Source: Candidatus Omnitrophota bacterium
Lineage (GTDB): Bacteria; Omnitrophota; Gorgyraeia; Gorgyraeales; Gorgyraeaceae
Reading direction: 5' to 3'
Length of the DNA stretch: 64,000 nucleotides
Assembly (NCBI GenBank): GCA_043814965.1
Contig: JBDRJN010000017.1
Span: forward strand, 6,038 to 70,037
Part shown: positions 10,630 to 20,318 of the stretch, one piece after another
Numbering within the stretch: position 1 is the first letter of the stretch
Layout of the letters: each line of letters opens with the position of its first letter
The notes under the pieces: model-generated
The model's database searches: none
What the model saw: only the letters and a program-made list of their open reading frames with translations
Told to the model about the DNA's origin: nothing
Program-made: the position numbers and the translations under genes

Positions 10630-11408
10630 AAAGATTTTTGTTGTTGGCGGTATTGGTAGCTGCGATAGTATTTTTATTTGTCGTAAAGTCCAAAAAAATA
10701 GAAAAGACGCCCCCGTTGGCCAAAAGGCCAGAAGCTGTTGTAGCATTTGTAATAGATGATTGGGGTTATAATAAAAAATATATATCTATACTTTCAGAGA
10801 TAAACAGGCCCATCACCATCTCTATCCTGCCAAACCTGAATTATTCGAGATTTATTCTGGATAATGTAAAGAAACTAGGGCCGCATGATGTGATACTGCA
10901 TCTACCGCTAGAATCTATCAGTAATTACGCTCCCGAAAAAGACACAATAAGGGTAGATATGCCAGACGAAGAGATCAGGAAGATATTGACAGATGACATA
11001 GAGAGCCTTCCTGGTATAGCAGGGGTCTCTAACCACCAAGGCTCGAAGGCTACAAAAGATAAGAGAGTGATGAAGATAGTATTTAATGAGCTTAAAGAAA
11101 GAGGGTTATTTTTTTTAGACAGTGTGACTACACCTGAATCCATATCTTCAAAAGTAGCAAAAGAGACAAAAGTAAAGTTTATAGAAAGAGATGTGTTTTT
11201 AGATATAACTGACCAGACTGATGCGCTGGATCTTAAGGGATATGTAAAAAAGCAGCTTCAGGAATTAGTAGATACAGCAAAAAAGAACAAAAAAGCTGTA
11301 GGTGTAGGCCATAATCTGGAAATAACCTTGAATGCCATAAAAGAATATATCCCTGAGATGGAAGCGCAAGGCATAAAGATAGTGCCTTTAAAAGAGATCG
11401 TGAGGTGA
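10626..11408 (+). CDS. divergent polysaccharide deacetylase (YibQ-like)
   Basis: Signal anchor plus the VIDDWGYN motif of the divergent polysaccharide deacetylase family. Confidence 0.6.
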   Translation: MKRFLLLAVLVAAIVFLFVVKSKKIEKTPPLAKRPEAVVAFVIDDWGYNKKYISILSEINRPITISILPNLNYSRFILDNVKKLGPHDVILHLPLESISNYAPEKDTIRVDMPDEEIRKILTDDIESLPGIAGVSNHQGSKATKDKRVMKIVFNELKERGLFFLDSVTTPESISSKVAKETKVKFIERDVFLDITDQTDALDLKGYVKKQLQELVDTAKKNKKAVGVGHNLEITLNAIKEYIPEMEAQGIKIVPLKEIVR

Positions 11409-11409
11409 G

Positions 11410-12189
11410 ATGAAAAAGCAAGCCATATTCTTAAACCTGTTATTGATATTTATCCTTGCTTCATGCGCAAGAGCTCCGATAAGCCATACAATAGATATGA
11501 AACACGTAGAGTCATATCCTGCGCTAACAGAACACATGGGCATTGATATGCCAATGATAAGGACGGATGTTTATCACGAAGTAGCGCCTGGAGAGACTGT
11601 ATGGCGAATAGGCCAGATGTACGATGTAAATACAGATGACATCAAAAAGGCCAACAGGTTATGGGATATAAATAAGCTTGAAAAAGGGCAGAAGCTCCTT
11701 ATCCCTAATGCAGCGCCTTTAAGATCAGTGATATCTTTTTACCCCTCCAATAAATGGAAATATATAATAATACATCATTCAGCCACGGATGTAGGAAAAG
11801 CCCTTAGTTTTGATTATATACACTCTAATAAGAAAAAGTGGAAAGGCCTGGGGTATCATTTTGTAATAGACAATGGTACGTCCGGCAAAAAAGACGGGCA
11901 TATAGAAGTGTCTCCCAGATGGCTTCACCAGGAGGATGGAGCTCATTGTAAGGCAGGTAATATGAACTCCAGGGGTATCGGGGTATGTCTTGTAGGGAAT
12001 TTCAGCAAGGACGCTGTTAGCTCTAGGCAGATGGAGTCTTTGGTCAGCTTGGTGAAAGAGCTTAAAAAACGCTACAATATACCTGATTCAAATATATTGG
12101 GGCATAGCGATGTAAAAGGGGCTTCTACGGAATGCCCAGGCCTTAAATTTCCCTGGAGGGATTTTAGATATAAATTAAAGAGCTATTGA
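11410..12189 (+). CDS. LysM-domain N-acetylmuramoyl-L-alanine amidase (amidase_2/PGRP)
   Basis: Lipoprotein-like N-terminus, LysM block (TVWRIGQMYDV...LLIP), and amidase_2 zinc-ligand pattern (IIHHSAT...GYHFVI...C). Confidence 0.7.
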   Translation: MKKQAIFLNLLLIFILASCARAPISHTIDMKHVESYPALTEHMGIDMPMIRTDVYHEVAPGETVWRIGQMYDVNTDDIKKANRLWDINKLEKGQKLLIPNAAPLRSVISFYPSNKWKYIIIHHSATDVGKALSFDYIHSNKKKWKGLGYHFVIDNGTSGKKDGHIEVSPRWLHQEDGAHCKAGNMNSRGIGVCLVGNFSKDAVSSRQMESLVSLVKELKKRYNIPDSNILGHSDVKGASTECPGLKFPWRDFRYKLKSY

Positions 12190-12204
12190 AAAAATAAGAA
12201 ATGT

Positions 12205-12564
12205 ATGGTAGAATCTTTATTAATCATGAGCAATCTAAACATTGATTTTGATACATTAAAAGAGACATTCATCACGCATTTTGACGGGTTAAGGGCATTT
12301 AATTTTTCCTACGAAAACCCTCTTTTCTGGATCTTCTATGTCCTGGCTTTTTTGACACTTCTTATGTTCTGGAATGCCAGGAAGTCTTTTTCTTTCTGCA
12401 CTATTTTAGCAGTGATATTGTTGGCTACTACTAAGCTCGAACATACTATTGTGGCTAAGTTTACGAGCATTGGCGAGACATTCGATGTCTTATTTATCAG
12501 GATAGCCAGCGCGATCGTAGTAGTGATAATAGCCCTTTATTATACTTTCATGAGAGATTATTAA
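12205..12564 (+). CDS. hypothetical membrane protein
   Basis: Three hydrophobic segments; no motif. Confidence 0.3.
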   Translation: MVESLLIMSNLNIDFDTLKETFITHFDGLRAFNFSYENPLFWIFYVLAFLTLLMFWNARKSFSFCTILAVILLATTKLEHTIVAKFTSIGETFDVLFIRIASAIVVVIIALYYTFMRDY

Positions 12565-12660
12565 TATCCTAGGTATTTATTTTGAATTTCTTTAGATTTC
12601 CCTATTCCCTGCACCCACCAAAAACTTAAAAAAATTTATCTTCATTGAAAGGGGCTGACT

Positions 12661-13473
12661 ATGGATAGATTGTTTTTGAACCCAATCGAGATATCCAAGG
12701 CTATAAGCGATATAGGCAAGAGCAAGGCGACTGAGACGATTTTTGAACTTTTTATCTTCGGGATCCTGGCCGGTATCTATATATCTTTTGGAGCGAACGC
12801 AGCTACATCTGTACTTAGCGGCGGGACTCTTGATCTGGGCCTTGCAAGATTCTTGGCAGGGAGTATCTTTAGCGTGGGACTAATGCTTGTGCTTATCCCG
12901 GGATCAGAACTTTTTACAGGGAATATATTGATGACAATAGGATTCATATATAAAGAATATTCTTTGGCAAAACTCCTTCGCAATTGGTTCATTGTTTACT
13001 TCGGGAATCTATTGGGGGCTGTCTTGATAGCATGGTTAGTATTTAGTTCCGGGTTAATGGGAAAGGCCGGGGCGTTGAACCAGGTAGGAGAGGTAGCCAA
13101 AAGTATCAGCGATTCAAAAATGGCTATGAGTTTCAGTGAAGCTGTGTGCAGGGGGGTCTTGTGTAATATGCTGGTGTGCCTTGCGGTGATCATGTCTATC
13201 GCGGCAAGGACTGTTACAGGCAAGATATTCGGGATATATTTTCCTATCATGACCTTTGTAGTATCAGGCTATGAACACTGCGTCGCTAATATGTATTTTT
13301 TACCAGCTGGCTTGATGGCAAAGGGAGAGTTTCTGTCAAAGTTTTTCATGATCTTCGATAACCTGGTACCAGTGACAATAGGGAATATCATAGGAGGGCT
13401 TTTGATAGTATTTTTGCACCCCAAGGTAGAAGAGAGGATAGCGCGCCTTATAATGAAGAAAAAAGAAAGTTGA
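12661..13473 (+). CDS. focA: formate/nitrite transporter family protein
   Basis: FNT-family signature regions (FGILAGIYISFGA, GSELFTGN, YEHCVANM). Confidence 0.8.
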   Translation: MDRLFLNPIEISKAISDIGKSKATETIFELFIFGILAGIYISFGANAATSVLSGGTLDLGLARFLAGSIFSVGLMLVLIPGSELFTGNILMTIGFIYKEYSLAKLLRNWFIVYFGNLLGAVLIAWLVFSSGLMGKAGALNQVGEVAKSISDSKMAMSFSEAVCRGVLCNMLVCLAVIMSIAARTVTGKIFGIYFPIMTFVVSGYEHCVANMYFLPAGLMAKGEFLSKFFMIFDNLVPVTIGNIIGGLLIVFLHPKVEERIARLIMKKKES

Positions 13474-13484
13474 ATTATTTTAAG

Positions 13485-13514
13485 TTCCAATAATATATTT
13501 ATGTGGTATAATTT
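13485..13514 (+). promoter_or_regulatory. candidate promoter with extended -10 (TGGTATAAT)
   Basis: TGnTATAAT at 13505-13513 with a TTCCAA -35-like element 16-17 nt upstream. Confidence 0.4.
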
Positions 13515-13539
13515 AGAAAAAGAAATAAAGAGGTGGGGG

Positions 13540-15186
13540 ATGTCCCGTAAACTATATGATTTTACAAAAGTCCTGATATTGTCTTTTATGGTCATTAGCA
13601 TTATGCCTTTTTCTGGCTATGCCCAGAGAGATAGATTGGCCGCGTTTCTTGCCAAGCAGGATAAGGCTATAGAACGCCTTAATAAAGAGATAGATAATAA
13701 TCCAAATAATTTCAAGCCATACTATAATCTAGGTATTATATATGCCCTAAAGGGTAAATTGGACGAAGCCATAAGCCAATATACTAAGGCCTTGAATTTT
13801 AACCCCAGTTTTTCCAACGCATTTTATAATAGAGGCCTTGTGTATGTTGAGAAAGAGGAATATGAAAAAGCCGTATCTGATTTCACCAAGGCCTTGAAGT
13901 TATCCCCGGATGATGAAGAAAGTTATATAAACAGAGGAAACTGTTATGCGGAGCTGGGTGATTTTAAGATGGCTATAAAGGATCTTAATAAAGCAGAGTC
14001 TATCTCTCCTGACAAAGCAGATGTCTATTACAATAGAGGGGTTGTCTATGCTGACAGCAAGATGTACAACAAGGCCATGGCTGATCTTAATAAAGCCATT
14101 GAACTCAGCCCAAAAAAGAGCAAGGCATATTACAATAGGGGCATTATATATCTTGATGAAGGAAGGATAGATGAGGCTATATCTGATTTTAACAGGGCAT
14201 TACAGATAGACCCTGAAAACTATAATATATATTGCGATAGAGGGGTCACGTATTCCATAAAGGGGGACTACAAACAAGCTATATTTGATTTTGACAAGGC
14301 GATCAATATAAGCCCTGGCAGGCCGGATGCTTTTTATAATAGGGGCAATGCCTATGCAATGGATAGAAACGCAGATAAGGCAATAGCTGATCTCTCAACA
14401 GCTATATATATAGATTCAAAAGACCCGAGATCCTATTATAATAGAGGGCTTAGCTATGCGATGAAGGGAAGCTTTAATGAAGCTATAGCAGATTACAATA
14501 AAGCCATAAGGCTTGAGCCGAATAATGATGAGTTTTATGTGAATAGAGGTAATATATATCTGATAAAAGGAAGGCTCGATAGGGCTTTAAGGGATTTTAA
14601 TAAAGCTATTAAAATAAACCCGAAAAACCAGATCGCTTATTACAATAGGGGCACTGCTTACTCTGAGAGCGGTAAGCTGAAAAAGGCTATTGTAGATTAT
14701 AACAAGGCTCTAAAACTTGGGCCTGATAAAGCTGATATTTATTATGATAGGGGCAACGCCTATGCAATGGAAGGCAATATATCAAAAGCCACCTCAGATT
14801 ATGCGAAGGCTATTAAGTTAGACCCTGGCTATGATGATGCATATTTTAATAGAGGCAATCTATATGCCATCAATGAAGACCTAAAGAAAGCAATAGAGGA
14901 TTTTACAAAAGCCATAGAGATCAACCCAAACAAGGCTTATGCGTATTACAACAGGGCCAATGCATATAGCGTATTAGGAAAACTTGACGATGCTATCAGC
15001 GACTATACAAACGCCTTATATATAAATCCAGAAGACCCTGACAGCTATTATAACAGGGCAAATGCCTATAAAGAAATGGGCCGCGATAAAGAAGCGCTGC
15101 TGGACTACAAGAAGGCGCTGGGATTGAACCCTGATTATGCAAAGGTCTACAAGAGAGACGGCATAGACTGCGCTCCTGAAAAATAG
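13540..15186 (+). CDS. TPR-repeat protein (about 14 tandem TPRs)
   Basis: Repeated A..Y.NRG..Y 34-residue TPR pattern; start moved to the Met at 13540, which has an AGAGGTGGGGG RBS (the track ORF starts at 13501 inside the promoter). Confidence 0.8.
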   Translation: MSRKLYDFTKVLILSFMVISIMPFSGYAQRDRLAAFLAKQDKAIERLNKEIDNNPNNFKPYYNLGIIYALKGKLDEAISQYTKALNFNPSFSNAFYNRGLVYVEKEEYEKAVSDFTKALKLSPDDEESYINRGNCYAELGDFKMAIKDLNKAESISPDKADVYYNRGVVYADSKMYNKAMADLNKAIELSPKKSKAYYNRGIIYLDEGRIDEAISDFNRALQIDPENYNIYCDRGVTYSIKGDYKQAIFDFDKAINISPGRPDAFYNRGNAYAMDRNADKAIADLSTAIYIDSKDPRSYYNRGLSYAMKGSFNEAIADYNKAIRLEPNNDEFYVNRGNIYLIKGRLDRALRDFNKAIKINPKNQIAYYNRGTAYSESGKLKKAIVDYNKALKLGPDKADIYYDRGNAYAMEGNISKATSDYAKAIKLDPGYDDAYFNRGNLYAINEDLKKAIEDFTKAIEINPNKAYAYYNRANAYSVLGKLDDAISDYTNALYINPEDPDSYYNRANAYKEMGRDKEALLDYKKALGLNPDYAKVYKRDGIDCAPEK

Positions 15187-15218
15187 TTATATTTTTTGAT
15201 GCTAATAAGGAGAGTTTT

Positions 15219-16223
15219 ATGAAAAAGTTTTGTTTTTTTATAGTTTTAATTATAATCATATCGGGCTTATCGTCATATTGTATTGCGGTAGATGGAGAAT
15301 ACGAGGATGATGCATTGAGCGAAGAAGAGATGGAATATGTAGATGAACTGGATGAGGCTGAGGCGCTTTCGGAAGAGTACAACCAGGAAGGCCTGGAACT
15401 CGCAAAAAAAGGCGAGAACGAAAAAGCAATAGAATCATTCAAAAAGGCTATAGAGACCGATGAATTAAATCTTGAGGCGTATCAGAACCTAGGATATGTG
15501 TATGCATGGGGCAAAGACTATGATAAGGCCATAGAGATCTTCGAAAGATTAAGCGGTTTAGTCCCGGAATCTTCCACGCCATACAGGCAGCTTATATCAA
15601 TATATAGCTTGCAGGGTTTAAATGATAAGGTCATCTCTTGTGGAGAAAAGGCGCTGGAGATCAATTCAAATGATTATACTGTTATGGCAAACCTCGTTAA
15701 TCCATATATAGTTGTCGGAAGATATACCGATGCGATAGATTTTATTGATAAGCTGATAGAGAGAAATCCGAATCGTCCAAGGTTATATCGTTTATTAGCT
15801 ATGGCATATATAGGCATGGGGGATGAGAAAAGGGCAAAAAAAGAATTTACGAAGAGTTACAACATGATAAAAGATATGACTCTTTATGAAGACGCTCCTG
15901 AAAAGACAAAAAGTATAGATGAGCTCTTTAACGGGATGAAGGGGGATTTTTATTTTGAAAAAGGAAATAGATTGCTGGATGAGGCTAAAAATGACGAGGC
16001 CATAGAGTATTATAAAAAATCCATAAAACTTAATGCAGATAACCATAAGCCGTATTATATACTTGCCAAGATCTATAATTATAGAGGTGAAAAAGAGGAG
16101 AGCTTGAATTATCTTAAAAAGGCAGTAGGATTGAATCCTTTACTCTTGGAAGAATTGAAGGATTCAAGTGATTTTGAAACGCTGAAGGACATGGAAGGGT
16201 ATAACGCTCTTTTTGCTGATTAA
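15219..16223 (+). CDS. secreted TPR-repeat protein
   Basis: Signal peptide, acidic linker, then TPR repeats. Confidence 0.75.
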   Translation: MKKFCFFIVLIIIISGLSSYCIAVDGEYEDDALSEEEMEYVDELDEAEALSEEYNQEGLELAKKGENEKAIESFKKAIETDELNLEAYQNLGYVYAWGKDYDKAIEIFERLSGLVPESSTPYRQLISIYSLQGLNDKVISCGEKALEINSNDYTVMANLVNPYIVVGRYTDAIDFIDKLIERNPNRPRLYRLLAMAYIGMGDEKRAKKEFTKSYNMIKDMTLYEDAPEKTKSIDELFNGMKGDFYFEKGNRLLDEAKNDEAIEYYKKSIKLNADNHKPYYILAKIYNYRGEKEESLNYLKKAVGLNPLLLEELKDSSDFETLKDMEGYNALFAD

Positions 16224-16226
16224 TCT

Positions 16227-16303
16227 GCGCCCATAGCTCAATTGGATAGAGTGCCGCCCTACGAAGGCGTAGGTTCCCTGTTCGAATCAGGGTGGGCGCG
16301 CCA
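16227..16303 (+). tRNA. tRNA-Arg (anticodon ACG)
   Basis: Cloverleaf folded by hand: acceptor GCGCCCA/TGGGCGC, T-arm CCCTG/CAGGG, anticodon loop CTACGAA, encoded CCA. Confidence 0.85.
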
Positions 16304-16395
16304 AATTTTGCTAAGGGCAAAATTTTTGATTCCGAGCAACATTAGAACGAGGGAGACTCGGGACGAATTTTCCTAATGTAATATACGGAAAATTC

Positions 16396-16485
16396 GGAGG
16401 AGTGCCAGAGTGGTTGAATGGGGCGGTCTCGAAAACCGTTAGACTCTTTCGGGTCTCGAGGGTTCGAATCCTTCCTCCTCCGCCA
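16396..16485 (+). tRNA. tRNA-Ser (anticodon CGA)
   Basis: Acceptor GGAGGAG/CTCCTCC, anticodon loop CTCGAAA, long variable arm, encoded CCA. Confidence 0.85.
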
Positions 16486-16767
16486 AATTTTGCTATGCAA
16501 AATTTGGCGAGATCTCGCCAGTCAACAAAGTTTAAAGGGCGGATCCGCCAATATTGGATTCGAAACGAATGAGCGCCGAGCGAATAGCGAGGAAGAGGCC
16601 GTAAGTCCGAAAGGACCGGCCGTAAGCGAATGAGGTGGGCCTCCGCAGCGAGTCACCGTACGAGCGTAGGAGGCGAATCCTTCCTCCTCCGCCAAATTTT
16701 GCTATGCAAAATTTGGCGAGATCTCGCCAGTCAACAAAGTTTAAAGGGCGGATCCGCCAATATTGGA
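16466..16767 (+). repeat. two identical 93-nt direct repeats (16466-16558 and 16675-16767), each made of the last 20 nt of tRNA-Ser plus a palindromic unit, separated by a 116-nt GC-rich insert
   Basis: Visual comparison shows the two copies identical. Each unit is a hairpin AAATTTTGC-TATG-GCAAAATTT, then GGCGAGATCTCGCC, a spacer, and GGCGGATCCGCC. Confidence 0.8.
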
Positions 16768-16798
16768 CAGGTTTAGTAAATAACGAAAGGAGATAAAG

Positions 16799-17464
16799 AT
16801 GTTAAAACAAAAATTTTCAAAAGGTGAGGCGATCAGATTTGGATGGAAGACAATGAAAGCCAATCTTTGGTTCTTTGTAGGATTGATAGCGCTTGTTATC
16901 GCTATCAACATCATAATAAACCTGGTTGGCCTGCCTTTACAGATACAAAAAACACCCGAACAGATCACAGCAGGGCTTGTATTTTTTGCTTTATTTATCT
17001 TAATCGTCCGTTTGATAACTCAGGCATTTATAGAGCTGGGCATAACCAGGGTGACGCTTAAGCTATCTGATGGTAAAAAGGCATTTTTCTCTGACATCCT
17101 TTCAAGGGTATCTTCTGTGTTCAATTTTTTATTAGCTACTTTAGCTTACACTCTGGCTATAGCTATAGGTATAGCGCTTTTAATAATCCCCGGGATCATT
17201 GTTGCGGTAAGATGTCAATTTTTTGGGTTTTTTATAGTAGAAGAAAACGCAGGCCCTATAGAGTCCCTTAAAAAGAGCTGGGGGCTTACAAAAGGTTCCA
17301 CCTGGAATATTATCCTTTTTAACCTGCTTTGCGCTCTTATAGATATAGCAGGGATACTGTGCTTACTTATAGGCGCATTTGCTGCGATTCCTACCACAAG
17401 GATCGCAAGGGCATTTGTTTTTAGAAGGCTGGAGTCACACAAAGAGATCAGCCAAGGCTCTTAA
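16799..17464 (+). CDS. integral membrane protein (DUF975-like)
   Basis: Four to five TM segments with glycine-zipper-like patterns; no catalytic motif. Confidence 0.4.
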   Translation: MLKQKFSKGEAIRFGWKTMKANLWFFVGLIALVIAINIIINLVGLPLQIQKTPEQITAGLVFFALFILIVRLITQAFIELGITRVTLKLSDGKKAFFSDILSRVSSVFNFLLATLAYTLAIAIGIALLIIPGIIVAVRCQFFGFFIVEENAGPIESLKKSWGLTKGSTWNIILFNLLCALIDIAGILCLLIGAFAAIPTTRIARAFVFRRLESHKEISQGS

Positions 17465-17473
17465 GTTGTTTTA

Positions 17474-19270
17474 ATGCTTAGACTTCCCAATAACAACTTT
17501 GTTCTCCTCGAGACCAATAGATTTGACGAGAAGAACTCAAAGACTTTTTTATTTACCTCCCCTATAAAGATCATTTCTTGTAAGGAGTTGAAGCATATAA
17601 GGCCTTCCTTGGAGGCAATAGAGCAAAATATTCATAGAGGTTATTATGCAAGCGGCTTTATCTCTTATGAGGCTGGATTTTCTACTGAGGAGAGCCTTAT
17701 ACCGCTTTTCAAAAAGGATACGGATTTTCCTCTATTATGGTTCGGTATATACAAAGACCCTCTTATATTGAACCATAGACAAAAGCTCGATATATCTTAC
17801 CCATCCAGTCATGGCTATAGCATAAAGAATATACGAAAGAATATACGAAAGGCTTCTTACGTAAAGAATGTAAATAATATTAAAGAATATATAAGAAAGG
17901 GCGAGACATACCAGGTAAACTACACATTTAAGTATAAGTTTGATTTTTCTGGTTCTTTGTTTCGATTATACGAAGGCCTGAAGGCGAAACAGAGCGTATC
18001 TTATTCATCCCTCATAAAGACATCTGATTTTTCTGTAGCCTCTTTTTCGCCCGAGTTATTCTTTAGAAAAAGCCGCAATAAGATAGAAGTAAGGCCTATG
18101 AAAGGTACTTTTGACAGGGGCATGGACCTAAAAGAAGACAGGTTGAATGAATTTAAGTTGCAAAACAGCCCAAAGAATAGAAGCGAAAATATCATGATAG
18201 TCGATCTATTAAGGAGTGACCTTGGGCGCATATCCAGGCCCGGGACAGTCAGGACAAAAAACATTTTTGAAGTCGAAAAATACGAGACACTGTTCCAGAT
18301 GGTCTCCACGATAAACAGTACCTTAAAAAAAGACATATCTATATTTGACCTATTCAGGGCGGTATTTCCCTCAGGTTCAGTGACAGGAGCGCCAAAGATC
18401 TCCACCATGAAGATAATAAAAAAGCTGGAAAAAGAACCCAGGAGGATATATACGGGGAGCATAGGGTTTTTTGCTCCAGGGGGAGATAGCGTATTCAATG
18501 TAGCTATAAGGACTATATTGATAAATAATAAGAACAATCGTGCAGAGCTTGGCATAGGCAGTGGTATTGTGTATGACTCTGATCCGCATAAAGAATTCGA
18601 AGAGTGCGACCTTAAGAAAAGATTTATAGAGCCTGAAAATAAAAAGGGTTTTGAGTTGATAGAGACTATGCTTTGGGAAAAGGATAAAGGATATTATCTC
18701 TTAAAATTTCACCTTGAAAGGATCGCTTCGTCAGCGGAATATTTTGGTTTTGACTTTAAGAAAGAATATATATTAAAAAAGCTGGGTAATATAAAAAAAA
18801 GATTCAACCCCAAATGTTCTTATAGGATAAGGCTGGCCTTATCTAAGAACGGAGACGCGGGATATTCGGTCAATAAGATCGATCTATCGTGCTCTGATGA
18901 AAGAGCGAGATTTTCCAGTAAAAAGGTCTTCTCGGGAGATATATTTTTATATCACAAGACGACAAATAGGCTGCTTTATGATTCTGAATATAAAAAGGCC
19001 CTGAAGGAAGGTTATTTTGATCATATTTTTACCAATGAAAAAAAAGAGGTCACAGAAGGCTGCATATCCAACATAATAATAAAGAAAGGAAAATATTTTT
19101 ATACACCGCCTACTGCCTCCGGGCTTTTAAACGGTGTCTTTAGGAGATTTTTGTTAGAGAACAAAAAAATAAATGTAATCGAGAAGATATTATACAAAAA
19201 GGATATCTTAAAAGCAGATAAGGTATATATGATAAATTCAGTGCGGGGCATGGTGAGGGTGGCCTTGTGA
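17474..19270 (+). CDS. pabBC: aminodeoxychorismate synthase component I fused to aminodeoxychorismate lyase (PabB-PabC fusion)
   Basis: Chorismate-binding core (SPELFF, RSDLGRIS, GSVTGAPK, RRIYTGSIG) followed by a class-IV aminotransferase-like C-terminal domain. Confidence 0.7.
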   Translation: MLRLPNNNFVLLETNRFDEKNSKTFLFTSPIKIISCKELKHIRPSLEAIEQNIHRGYYASGFISYEAGFSTEESLIPLFKKDTDFPLLWFGIYKDPLILNHRQKLDISYPSSHGYSIKNIRKNIRKASYVKNVNNIKEYIRKGETYQVNYTFKYKFDFSGSLFRLYEGLKAKQSVSYSSLIKTSDFSVASFSPELFFRKSRNKIEVRPMKGTFDRGMDLKEDRLNEFKLQNSPKNRSENIMIVDLLRSDLGRISRPGTVRTKNIFEVEKYETLFQMVSTINSTLKKDISIFDLFRAVFPSGSVTGAPKISTMKIIKKLEKEPRRIYTGSIGFFAPGGDSVFNVAIRTILINNKNNRAELGIGSGIVYDSDPHKEFEECDLKKRFIEPENKKGFELIETMLWEKDKGYYLLKFHLERIASSAEYFGFDFKKEYILKKLGNIKKRFNPKCSYRIRLALSKNGDAGYSVNKIDLSCSDERARFSSKKVFSGDIFLYHKTTNRLLYDSEYKKALKEGYFDHIFTNEKKEVTEGCISNIIIKKGKYFYTPPTASGLLNGVFRRFLLENKKINVIEKILYKKDILKADKVYMINSVRGMVRVAL

Positions 19271-19728
19271 ATAAAGATGAGTTTTATATGTCAATGGCAT
19301 TGAAAGAGGCATCCGTAGCGTATGAAAAGGATGAAGTTCCGGTAGGGGCTGTAATAGTGTACAAGGGAAATGTTATAGCAAGGGCGCATAATCAGGTAAA
19401 ATTACTTAAAGACCCTACTGCGCATGCTGAGATCATTGCTATCACGCAGGCCTCAAATTACCTTCAAAATGAAAGGTTGATAGGGTGTTCAATGTATGTT
19501 ACAATTGAACCCTGCAGCATGTGTGCGGGAGCTATGGTGCTTGCCAGGATCAAGGAACTTGTGTATGCAGCCAAAGACCCAAAGACAGGCGCGTGCGGAT
19601 CAGTAATAAATATAGTCGACAATAAAACTTTGAACCATAAGATGATCGTAAGAGAAGGTGTCTTACATAAGGAATCCAGCCTTCTTATAAAAGAATTCTT
19701 TAGGGAAAAGAGAAGTAAGAAAACATAA
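19267..19728 (+). CDS. tadA: tRNA-specific adenosine deaminase
   Basis: CDA zinc motifs HAE...PCxxC (HAEIIAI, PCSMCAGA). Confidence 0.85.
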   Translation: MNKDEFYMSMALKEASVAYEKDEVPVGAVIVYKGNVIARAHNQVKLLKDPTAHAEIIAITQASNYLQNERLIGCSMYVTIEPCSMCAGAMVLARIKELVYAAKDPKTGACGSVINIVDNKTLNHKMIVREGVLHKESSLLIKEFFREKRSKKT

Positions 19729-19808
19729 ATTTGGAGAGTCCGCCTCGTCCGCCAAGCAAAGCTTGGCTAGACGGGCGAGACTTCTCCAAAATTTTAAAAT
19801 ATAATTTT

Positions 19809-19902
19809 GGAGAGGTCGCACAGTGGCCTAGCGCGGCGGTTTGCTAAACCGCTATACGGTTGAAAAGCTGTATCCAGGGTTCGAATCCCTGCCTCTCCGC
19901 CA
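19809..19902 (+). tRNA. tRNA-Ser (anticodon GCT)
   Basis: Acceptor GGAGAGG/CCTCTCC, anticodon stem GCGGT/ACCGC with loop TTGCTAA, long variable arm, encoded CCA. Confidence 0.85.
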
Positions 19903-20064
19903 TTTTTTGGCAAAGCCAAAAAATGGCGAGATCTCGCCTCACCAAAATTGCCGCGCAATTTTGGTGAGGCGGATCCGCTCATGTGTATTTTAGAAGGCAA
20001 AGCCAAAAAATGGCGAGATCTCGCCTACCAAAATTGCGCTGCAATTTTGGTAGGCGGATCCGCC
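19899..20064 (+). repeat. two tandem palindromic repeat units of the same family as at 16486 (hairpin, GGCGAGATCTCGCC, hairpin, GGCGGATCCGCC)
   Basis: Unit 1 starts inside the tRNA-Ser(GCT) CCA end (GCCATTTTTTGGC-AAA-GCCAAAAAATGGC). Unit 2 (19996-20064) repeats GGCAAAGCCAAAAAATGGCGAGATCTCGCC plus a hairpin plus GGCGGATCCGCC. Confidence 0.75.
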
Positions 20065-20072
20065 ACATAGAA

Positions 20073-20318
20073 ATGTATATGTACTATGTCTATGTTTTAA
20101 TTAATAGGGCGAAGACTCGTACTTATACTGGCGTTACAAAGGACATCAATAAGCGTTTGGCAGTACATAATGCTGGTAGAGTTAAAGCCTCAAGACCTTA
20201 TCGGCCATATAATGTAATTCATACTGAATTGTTTAAAACACTTAAAGAAGCTAGGCAGAAAGAGAAATTTTATAAATCTACAACAGGACGTAGACAGCTT
20301 TACAGCTTGATATCATGA
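20073..20318 (+). CDS. GIY-YIG nuclease-domain small protein (UPF0213/YhbQ-like)
   Basis: YVYVL...YTGVT..R...H..G GIY-YIG motif. Start set at the Met at 20073; the track ORF at 19983 extends upstream across the repeat units. Confidence 0.7.
   Translation: MYMYYVYVLINRAKTRTYTGVTKDINKRLAVHNAGRVKASRPYRPYNVIHTELFKTLKEARQKEKFYKSTTGRRQLYSLIS

Noticed and set aside
12565-12660. Possible riboswitch upstream of focA
   Set aside because: The ~95-nt region is too short and shows no recognisable conserved riboswitch core.
16418-16633. 71-aa + strand ORF overlapping tRNA-Ser(CGA) and the repeat unit
   Set aside because: It lies entirely within a tRNA plus palindromic repeat sequence. It is GC-skewed junk translation with no RBS.
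19794-20006. 70-aa minus-strand ORF across tRNA-Ser(GCT) and the repeat units, and the N-terminal extension of the + ORF at 19983
   Set aside because: Both overlap the tRNA or the palindromic units. The GIY-YIG motif begins only at the Met at 20073.
16466-20064. Possible CRISPR array, because of repeated palindromic units
   Set aside because: There are only two copies per locus. They are separated by non-spacer-like sequence at one locus and directly by a tRNA fragment at the other, and no cas genes are present.
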